A DNA stretch of 61,147 nt, the filler included, from Porpidia crustulata (lineage: Eukaryota), in NCBI GenBank assembly GCA_964255105.1. It is 3 parts of 3 records of this genome, joined end to end, with 100 filler letters (N's around TTAATTAATTAA, not from the genome) between each part and the next. Parts side by side here need not be neighbours in the genome. Positions count along the whole stretch, not along the records: positions 40,901 to 61,147 come from CAXUWE010000120.1; 2 more parts are not named here. One strand, given 5' to 3'. The notes below the pieces were generated by a model that worked only from the letters and a program-made list of their open reading frames with translations, did not search any database and had not been told where the DNA came from. Shown piece after piece: positions 51,275 through 61,147 of this stretch; position 1 is the first letter of the stretch, and each line of letters begins with the position of its first letter. Position numbers and translations under genes: made by a program.

Positions 51275-52075
51275 CATGGGTTAAGAAAATATCATTACAG
51301 TATGATTATCTGACTAATCTAAGCTTATATCGATATACTAGGATTTCATCCAATCATAAAATGGCATGGTTAGGGTACGTTGTGGTGGTGCGCGGGACTG
51401 ATCACTGTCACACCTCTTGGCTGCATCTGCTCTAGCGATAGTCGTGCCTCGTGCCCGCTTCGATACGCTTACAGTGCGTTCCGATAGTGCAAAAACGCTT
51501 GTGCGTGCATTCTACCAATAACAATCTTCCGGCACTGGTCTAAAGGGTGGAGAAAAGTTCCATTTGAGGCTCTACGCCAGACGACGTTAAAAAGCCCCAA
51601 TATCTTGTCAGTTGAGTGCACATCAGCGTATCGAGAATATCGTCTGGTCAGTCGTCATGGATCTGGTGGAGGAGATAGCCCCCTTTATGGTTCGTATCAA
51701 GTAAGAATGGCCATGCCCTAAGACACGTAGCTCACGGGCCCTGGAAGCTAGACCTGCACGGGAGGTCTGATGGACGAATCACACGCGGCAATATCGGCGG
51801 TTTCCTGGTACCTGAAAGCTTCTAGATAGCACCACCCCTTTTCGACATCCCTGCCATACAAAATGCTTACAATCTTATGGTGCGCATCCGTCCCCTGGCC
51901 CAACCAACCTACCCTTTGGTCCCTCCCGATGTCTTACTTCAAATCTCCCCCACAAACCCTCTACCCGCAAATCTTTTTCTTTTTGTCCCTTTGGTCCTGG
52001 TGATTGGGAATCTTACCGGAGTATCTCAACCTACAATCAAGCTTCGAGGATTTCCAGATTCCCAATCGCTTCATC

Positions 52076-53507
52076 ATGTCAATCCTCTTCTATCGCCGTC
52101 CCGATTATGTCGCCAAGGTCCCTGGACCAATGAATCTGACCCAATGTCAGGTCTATGTGGAAAGAACCCAGAAGCATAGGAGAGCAATCCCGCCGGAACT
52201 GTCGTTTGAGAATGTGATTCAAAACAGAGCGTTGCCGGTAAGACCTCATGGATGAGCCAAGTGTTTACCCGAGGAATCGTTCTGACAATCGCAGCCATGT
52301 GCTCTACAAGATTTCATGGACTATTTAGTCTATGTGTCTCACGATGCGGAGAATCTTCAGTTCTATCTCTGGCTTCAGGACTACACCAAAAGATTCTACG
52401 CTTCCCCACGGTCTGAGCAGGCTCTGTCGCCGCCGTGGTATCAGGTGGAAGCACCTCAACCACTCGGCAATCCATCGGACGCTCCTCCTCGAACATCAGA
52501 TAAGAAGCAGCCACATGTGTCGGAGTATGACGTTAATTTTGATAATATCGAGCAACCAATGTCACCAATTCTATCTCCACATTTCGACAAGCAATCTTTG
52601 ATGTCCGGTCCCGGCTCGAACAAGAGCGTTGCAGATTCCGTTGAGGATGCTAACCACCAGATGGGACTGAAATGGCAATCATGTAAGTCTTATTCCCATA
52701 ATCCTAGTGCCTGAAACTAACTAGTAAGTCACCGTTCAACCTTTTCGATCAGAGATCAACCGCGTGATTTCGCACTACCTGGCTCCCAACTCACCTCGGG
52801 AACTCAATCTATCCCACAGAAATCGCGCAGCGGTCCTCCACGCACTCCAACACACCACCCACCCTTCTGCCTTCTCGCTAGTCAAAGATATGGTCGAGGC
52901 AACGCTCCGCGGTCAATCGCACCCGAACTTCATCCGCTGGTCCATCTGCAACGGCAACAAACCTCGTGTCCTTTTCGTCGTCAACTCCGGTATCGCCCAC
53001 GTCATCCTCGCAGTCATCCTTGCGATATTCCTCATCATGTCACACAAATCCCGGTGGTGGCGTCTCTTCGTGTTCCCCCTCTTCTTCGTCGGTTTCGACA
53101 TCGCCGTCGCTGCGTACAAAGGCCTCTGCGTCATCATCCACACGACCCACAACCGAGCGCTTCGGCCATGGGAACAATTTAGCGATGGCGCTTCCGTGAC
53201 GAGTCTCGCCGACGACGAAGCTACCTTATCCACCGACGACGTGTACAGCATGACGCATCGGTCCAAACGCGGCATCTCCCTCGACACTTTCGGCACATCC
53301 AACAGCTACGGGCACGAAATTTGGGTCGAGAAGTACAAGACGAAATCGCTGTTCAAAAAGATTTTCGCACGGCAGGTCTGGATCCAAGACGAGACCATTC
53401 GGCTGTTGCAGGACCGGATCGTGATGCAGAGCCACGCCTGGTCGCTGCTGATGACGGTGCCTCTGACGGCCCTGGTTGTCGCTCTACCGCAAGGAAATGT
53501 GATCTGA
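52076..53507 (+). CDS. RGS-domain protein with C-terminal transmembrane segments, 3 exons
   Basis: IPPELSFENVI...P|PCALQDFMDYLVYVSHDAENLQFYLW, YLAPNSPRELNLS, HTTHPSAF, SHPNFIRWSICNGN, then hydrophobic helices. Confidence 0.8.
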
Positions 53508-55559
53508 CACGATATGATAGATACGATATACAGGGTGCCGCGCACCTTGGTACATTTAGGGACAGTGAATATATGGGGCATAGAGGTTAACCGGGAGGAT
53601 TTTTATGAAAAGCTTTTTCACGTCTTGTTCGGTTCTACTTCTTTTCAATGTACATAGTAGGGTAACTTTGGGTCCCGGTGCGATACCGGGCAGGCTCATG
53701 TCACATATTGGTATATTACATATTCGTTGCGGATGTTGTTAAAGACCACAGATAAGCTCTTGTCGACTTTGAACATTCTCTTGATTCAAAATCACTGTTT
53801 CTGTTATTCTTGGTTTCCAATTCAGGGGCGAAACTTGCTCACAAGGACGTGTTAAAGCCCCCAGGAACAAACTAACTATATAGACACCGACGGCCAACAT
53901 CCCACCGCGTGCGGGATATCTCAGATGTTTGACTAATTGGAGACCGTGTTCTGGAAATTTCTTTCAACCCAGATACAATTCTTTCCGGAAAGCCCCAGAT
54001 ATCGTACGCAACTTCGCGGCAATCAACGAGATCCTTCTTAACGGGATCAGCTGACCTGGCGGGAGGGGGGTTTGAGCGTCGGTATCGGTCATCGACGATA
54101 TTTGTGCGAGCGAGAGCTGTGCCGAATATCTCCTCTCAATTAGACTTCCAAGGATTCAAACCCGGATTCCCTACGCCATTGATTCCAAATAACCTGACAA
54201 CCCGTGGACGTTCCGCTGTGATGCGCTCGATAACCCGGTTCTGGGTATGGATTTTACTGGAAGATAGATGCGGGCAGTTAGGGTTCGTGATACAGTAGTG
54301 TTTCGTATGTACGGTGGATGATGATGTCGTTGGAATCGATGAGGTTTTATCTCGGGGCTGGGACGAGCTGGGGTTCTGAGTTGATATTAATTGTCTGGGT
54401 ACCGATCGATCGATCGATAGATAGCTTCGTCGATATCTGGAGGGCTTTTTGCGTGATTGTGTAGGGGGATTTAAGAGGAGTGTGTTGTTTATTGTCGGGG
54501 TCTTTTGATGGACGTGATTGACGGGGCACAAGGTCAGTGATTGTTGGGAATCTGCTGGGTTGATACTGTTTGTGGTAAGGTGCGGGATATAGTCGTTGAC
54601 GAGAATAACGATATTCTATCGAAGTATCTTAATGCATTAGGGTGCTGTAGATTTGGGTAGGGAGGTTATAAAAGTAGTTAGTCATTTACTCTACTCTATC
54701 ACATATGCACCTTGTTTCTTAGAGTATGCAATCCTTCTTCCTTATCCATATACACGCCTCCTTTTAATTCAATTTGGTTCAATCCATTCCATTCCAATCC
54801 AATTCAACTACGCCACCTCAATCACATCACATCCCTTCAGAAATCAAGAACTTTTTGACAAATTTCAATCTCGATATAAGGTTTTTAGGGTTTATATGGG
54901 TTTTTGTGTTGTTGGGAGTGTGCTTTGGGGGTTTGATAATTGGGTTTGGCGATTAGGTGTAGGGATGGGGATGTGTGTTGTGAGGGGATTTGGGGGATTT
55001 GAGGGAGTTTTTGCTTAGGGCGGTTGAGTGGGTGGGTGTATGGAGTTTGGGTCTTGACATTCCAGGTTTTGGTATCCTTCAATGCTCCGATTTTTGCCTT
55101 TTTGCAGCGGCTTTGCGGTTTTTACTAGAGTCTTTCAGGACCATCTTCAAAAAGGTTACAGTCAAGCCCACCCCTCAATTCCACCTTCCGATCACCTCCC
55201 CAGGGAGATCCATGCTCCATGCTCTATGCTCTATGCTCTGTGTTTCCCCTCTCAATGCGAAAGACTCATGGGCATTCCTTGCACTTGTGTCTCCTGTTCT
55301 GAATTTTCGGAGATGCCCACTGAAGGGCGTGGCTACTTTAACAGACTCGATGTAGCCTGCAAAGAGAAGCTAAGCTGGACAGGCTTGGACTCAGCTGCAG
55401 CTCTACGGTGTCTTGTGGTTGTTGGGATTGAGCAGTAGTCAGGCCTACTACCTAGATCTCAGCCCCAGAATAAAGATATCAGCCCAGATAGTTCAAGTTG
55501 GTCGCGATAGCCCTCAATAAGTGTGAGTTATGGTCCTAACCATCTACATTTGTTGTTGT

Positions 55560-57998
55560 TCAGCCAGCTCTTGCAGCGATGTCTTTGCATATGCTAAGAT
55601 CCGCATTCGCAGCATTTACTTCCACCTCCAGTATCTCCGAATTAACAAGGACATTTGTGGGATTGAGCACTTGATTGTTGACGTAGTCTTTGAATTGATT
55701 GAAGACCATGACGGGATCGATCCTTGCATCATCAAGCTCTGTGATGCATCTCTCATGCCGTGATTCGAAGATTTCCCATGCCGTATAACCGCTATCGTCT
55801 CTCGCATCCACATCCAGCTGGCCAAGTTGGGCCGTTGAGAGTAATGCAAGCGTCGCAAGATCGCCAAACCTTGCTGCGTAGTGGAGAATTGACGCATTGC
55901 GAGAATCCAGAACGTCGGTCCGCGCGCCACTATCGAGTAAGATGGAAATTACTTCATGGCTATTCCAATAGATCGCGCACAACAACGTTGTCCTATCAGC
56001 CACGGCGTCGACGCATTCCGTGTGGGCGCCATAGGACAGTAAAAGCTTGGCGTGTTCTGGAAAATTCATGCGCGTTGCAAAATGAAGAGGTGTTCTACCC
56101 TTTGAATCTCGAGCGTCAACGATTGCCCTGAGAAAATCTGGTCCCTCTTTATCTTCCTCGTCTGCATTGCTCCTATTCCAATCAGAAGCCTGGTGTTTGG
56201 ATTCGTCCATGGCAGCTTGAAGAATCAATGCGATTGAATCAGCGGTACCACTACCTGCACAGTAATGGAGTGGTGTTTGCTGCCTGTAGTCCCCAAGGCA
56301 TGGAGATGCTCCATAGTCCAACAATATTCTAACTGTCTCAGTGTCAGGGCGAGAGGCTGCCCAACAGAGGGGGGTTTTGCCAAGCGAGTCTTTCGTGTTT
56401 AGCTCCGATGTGGTTGTATCAAGATAAGATACAAGATCGAGCGTGCTGAGGCCGAGAACAATGCGGTGTAAAGGGGTGAAGTTGCGTTTCGCAAGACTCT
56501 CTGTGTCTGAAAAAGATAGCCCGGCCGATGACTGTAGAAGCTCCAACTCAGCGCTACCAGGCATCTGAAGGAGGTAGTTCCAGACAACATCATGCGCAGA
56601 ACTATTTGAACTATCAGCATTGTTTGATTCAACTTATTTTCTGGGAAACCGCTCACAGCATGTTGTGATCTTCGAGTCGAGGATCAGCACCCTGTGACAG
56701 AAGAAAGGCGACCATCGTCGGTTGCGTGGCCGTGACCGCAAACTGCAGGACTAAGTGTAAGCGAACAAATTATTCAGCGTTCGAGGAAACTTACATGCAG
56801 GGCTGATCGGCCTTCGTCAAGACTAATGTCAAAAGGCGACGCTAAGCGCTGCTCGAATAGTCTCTGCATACCCTGGATATTGCCATGCTGAGCAAGCATG
56901 AAAATATTCGACTTTGAGGATATACTCCTGGGTGTCCGTAATGAGATGGTATGGCCACTCATCGGACTCCAGCTGAGTTGAACTGCCATCATCCGATGCA
57001 AGAACCACGAAGGAAAGTAGAATTGGGTCTTGAGAACATTATCACTAACATTGTCACAAGATCTCCGATTACAGGCTTTGCATGATTGGGACGCTGTATG
57101 ATTGTATTGGATGGAAAGGGTTCCAACTGCGGATCCAAGCCATTGTGGGGTCTTGAGTGCTCTGGTGGTATGGCAGTTGCAGCTACAGGACCTAATAAGG
57201 GGTACACGGGGTTCTCCAATGTTCTTTAAGCCGGATCCTTCATGTGTGATCAAAGGTGTTCTTGCTTGCGACGTTTGCAAATGCTGCAGATCTTCATCAT
57301 TTTGTGGTGGCGATGGATGTAGTTGGAGAGCGTCAAATCGTTGTGCAATGTTAGCTTCCATGCTTTGAAACGAGTCTAATAGATGCTGATTACTCAGTGT
57401 CGCATGCTGCAGGCTGAGGCTAAGACGGGGTATTTCCATCCTGAGATTATATCAGTCCGGCACGATGTCGACTCACGGGGAACTTGGCTCACACAGAGAC
57501 TGCAGTCATGGCCACAAATGCTGTACCTATTTTCTGCCTGCAATCTGACAAAGTGCTAACCATTTCACGAATCTTGCTCTCCTTTCGAAGCCATACGTGC
57601 CACCGCACGTCCATCTTTCTTGTTTCATCATCGAAACTATAAGGATCTTTAAGCAAGTGATGTCGGATGAGATCCTGTAGCTGCTGTATGACATCTTTGA
57701 TCCTACTAAACATGCGAAATAGACTGGATGTTAAATGGTTATCCTGAGTTTCTGAGCCAATTGCTGCTTGCTCGGCTACTTGTAGTAGAGTGTTGATCTC
57801 GGAAACCTGAAGAAAACGACTTAAATAAGATGAAAAGCACCTAAGGTACATTGCTGGATGACTTACCTCGTGAGAAATCTGTAGAACCAAAGCAGGGGCA
57901 TTTTCCAACGCTCTGATTCGCTGAAGGCCTTGGTATGTAATCCTGACAACGGATCCTAGAGCTATAATGCTGGCCGTCATAGACAGTGGGTCGGCCAT
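55560..57998 (-). CDS. Protein with a fungal HeLo-like/SesA-type N-terminal domain, Cys-rich linker and ankyrin repeats; ~5 exons
   Basis: MADPLSMTASIIAL N-terminus typical of fungal STAND N-terminal helical domains; CSCNCH...CNRRSC; ankyrin motifs EGRSALH, FTPLH, GKTPLCWAA, QTPLHYCA, GRTPLHFA, ASILHYAA. Confidence 0.75.
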
Positions 57999-58816
57999 AA
58001 TATATCAAGATCGTCTGTGACTACTTCCACAGTATTACGAGACAGAGATACTTTCTTGTTGTCGAAGTCAAAACAAGGGGTGAAAAGAGCAGAGATCAAT
58101 CGAGTAAGAAACGAAGAAAAGAAGACGACAATTACAACATTTGAAGGAAACGAGATACGAAATGTCTGAGCCTGATCGCCTTGCGCAAGCCCTGTAACAT
58201 AATTATCAATATCTTCGGGGGAGCCGGGCTCCTGCATGATATGAGCATCAAGTCTCCGCGGTTCGTAAACGCATATCCCCATGACTTGAACAGCTCCTAC
58301 ATTGGGTTTCAAGTCAAACGTTGCACGACTTAGAGCCAATAGAAGATCCTTCTCTCCCCGAACAGCGGCAAAGTATCGTCCGCGAACCTGCACAAGACAG
58401 TCGCTGGCTTTGACTGTTACCTCAGCCTTGCGTATGTTGGCGCCGAGGTATTGCTCAGCGTGGTTGACCGTGAACGATACGCCTCACACAAGAGTCGAAA
58501 TATTCGAGACCTTTCACCGGCTCCCAACCACATAATGTGTTCCAATTTTAAGCTGGCTCAAGCTGGTAGCGCTTGCCAATTTGAAACGTTCTTGTGGTCG
58601 TACAGACCCTCATCAGACTAAGGAAAGAAACAAAGTATGAAATTAGCGCCGAACATGTGAGTGGTTTTGGCGCCTATTCATATTCGCGAATCCAGCTCAA
58701 CGCTCATATAATCAGGCTACAATGCCTACTATATTTCCCTTATCTTTTCTTTTAAGCCTGTTACAACGTCGACTCCGTCACCGAGAATTTGTACCGCCTT
58801 GACGAACAACGTCGAC

Positions 58817-59791
58817 ATGAAGAGCTATTTAGACCTTGTCAACGACTGCGACCAGTCAGTATGAAATCTTGGAAGTGCTACCTGAGCTGATTAAATTCCG
58901 AATAGATTTCCACCAAATCGAGATACCTCGTTTCTCTACAAGTTTCTTATCAATGGCTATGACGAATGCTGTTTTGGATACATGCTTGAAAGCATCGTCA
59001 ACACTTTCTCGTGGCCTGAATGCTGGGAGATTAATGGCAAACAGAAAACCGTCAAGCTTCTTGGCATGAACCTCGATGAGCGGAATCTCCAGATGAACAA
59101 TACGTTGGTCGCAGAAAGGGAGAAGTGCTCATTCAAGGTGCTTGCCGGCTGGGCCGACGAAGTATTTTCGGTTTACGGACCAGATAAGAGGCTCGTCCTC
59201 AGCATCGAGCGAGCTGCGGCGCCCCTTTTCGGTATTGTCACCTACGGCGTTCAGCTGCTTGCATATCAAGAAGATCCTAGTGATGGAGCTTTGAGTATAT
59301 GGATAGCTCGCAGAGCTCGGACGAAAAGATCATATCCTTCGATGTTTGATAGCACGGTTGGAGGCAGTTTACCGACGGGAGAGACGCCTTTTGAATGCTT
59401 GGTGCGTGAGTCGGGCGAAGAGGCATCATTTTCAGAGGAGCTTGTTCGGTCCAATGCAAAGGCTTGTGGAACGGTAAACTATGTTTGTCGCACCGACGAG
59501 CGATCTAGGGGGGAACTAGGACTATTCACTCCCGAGGTACAATTCACGTACGAAATGAAGCTTCCAAAAGAAGTTATACCTACGCCGGGTGATAACGAGG
59601 CCGAAGAAATCAGACTTCTTTCAATTGAGCAGCTGAGGACTGCGTTAGGAAATGGAGAGTTCACTCCCGCAAACGGCTGTGTTGTCCTTGACTTTTTCAT
59701 TCGCCGTGGACTTATGACCTATGAGCAGGAGAAAGATTATATCGAGATTGCATCGCGACTTCACCGAAGCCTTGCGTTTCCGAGCGCATGA
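58817..59791 (+). CDS. Nudix hydrolase (thiamine pyrophosphokinase-related, YJR142W-like), 2 exons
   Basis: MKSYLDLVNDCD|FP, IERAAAPLFGIVTYGVQL, WIARRARTKRSYPSMFDSTVGG, Nudix box GETPFECLVRESGEEASF, LDFFIRRG. Confidence 0.85.
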
Positions 59792-61029
59792 CCAGTTTAT
59801 CAAATTCTCGACACAGTTTCTATCATTTTACGAGTGAATTTTAGCTTTCTAGCACTGGGGAGAATCTTACCAATGGTTGAGGTGCAAACCCTATACCCTT
59901 CCAGTGCAACGACTTGTAAGCCAACGAGGGCGGTCCAATTCAACAAGACCACCCATATCTGGATAAAGTTTCTGGTCAGTTTAGGCGTCTAGGAGTCAGA
60001 TTGGAGCTTTCAAGGATCTTCCTAACATAACCTATCTTATATCTGTCCAGATTGGGCATAGGACATCTTTTGATTCTTATTTCGAAGGGTGGTCTAGCCT
60101 TATCATTCCCTTTGGAGTGTGAAACAATCAGTCCGAGCCAAGAGAAGGAATCTATCTTCGAGCCGCAGCCACCAGGTCTTCCGGAACACCTTACACCGTG
60201 GTCTCTCTCACAAGTTCGGACAGTCAAACGTCTCACAATCTAGGAATGATGCAGGTGTAGTTCCAAATAACATCATAACGAATACTGGGCAGAGAGACGT
60301 TGAGAATTGCCAATATAGACTTCATTCCGCGTTGTCGCCATCTGCCCATCGGGTCTTACCTGTAAGGCATGATGACTAGGTTTTATTTCCCACGTTATGC
60401 ACCCTCGGTGAGACAATTTTTCCATCGCAAAGACTCGGTCTTTCAATCTCAGCCTGTGGCTCGGATAAAAGATACCCCATCACATCTTCCTCCTATTCGA
60501 TACATGTCTAAGCGATTCAGTAGATGTTTTAAATCATTAGACTCGAAAACTTTGTGTCGCCTCCACCCATCTCCGTATTTGAGCTGCCAACCAAACGACC
60601 CGCATCATTTCACAATATTAGCAGTGAAATTCACAGGAAAGTCGCAAGGATCCTTTATATCCGGATCTCGGTCTCATCTTCTCGTTATAACGTCAGCATC
60701 AACATTAACCGGCGTTTTCGATTACAACGGTCCACTTTCATCGTCCCCGCTTGAAAGCCTACTCGCTTGATCGTGGTCTCATCGTTTTCCCGTCTCTCTC
60801 TTCAGTCCCTGTTTCATCCCTTGACAACAATACCCCAGAATCTTCCTCAGATGGCAGTTCGGGCTGAGAAGGTTTTATAGAGCTGTTCAATCTCGGCATT
60901 CTACTATCCACGAGAGGGGTCATCTGACTGTGAATAAGACATTAACAAACGTTCCACCGTCCCCGTCGGTTGCTCTCCGGCAAGCCACACGCCCTGCTAC
61001 ACTTCCATGATTTACCATTACTCGCTTAA

Positions 61030-61147
61030 CGCTCATGCCTCATCTTCTTCGTTTTCATCTTCTCTCGTTTCATCTTCTCTCGTTTCATCTCCTACCCTTC
61101 CATCTCCTACTCTTCCATCCTCTCCCCTTCCATCTCCTCCCCCATCC
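61030..61147 (+). repeat. Pyrimidine-rich low-complexity/short tandem repeat at the contig end
   Basis: TTTCATCTTCTCTCG occurs twice, followed by CCATCTCC-type units. Confidence 0.7.

Noticed and set aside
59976..60770. Short ORFs after the Nudix gene
   Set aside because: No recognisable domain or consistent frame on either strand.

Overview
This is filamentous ascomycete (Pezizomycotina) genomic DNA with short introns and CTRAY branch sites. The window is not one contiguous locus. Three pieces of 20,393, 20,307 and 20,247 bp are joined by artificial 100-nt spacers (44 N + TTAATTAATTAA + 44 N) at 20394-20493 and 40801-40900. Piece 1 holds housekeeping genes: NPC2-like, VMA7, Nur1/Mug154-like, SEH1, ALG7, LEU1, a GPR1/FUN34 transporter, BRO1 and a partial MDJ1. 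Piece 2 holds a low-complexity degenerate repeat zone, MRF1, a gamma-glutamyltranspeptidase and ARP1. Between GGT and ARP1 is a ~7 kb accessory island that looks like a derelict Starship-type element. It carries an internally deleted DUF3435 tyrosine-recombinase-like 'captain' pseudogene, a decayed cargo gene, an FHA-kinase with a mutated catalytic loop, and nested MITEs. Piece 3 holds a Whi5-like gene, IDH2, SEC5, an RGS-domain membrane protein, a HeLo-like/ankyrin protein and a Nudix hydrolase. The most unusual signal is a pair of non-autonomous transposons on different pieces (33551-33853 and 51019-51274). They share CACGCGGGTG termini and retain Tc1/IS630-like transposase remnants, yet appear to be flanked by 5-bp target-site duplications rather than TA. 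All family assignments come from motif recognition by eye; no searches were run.
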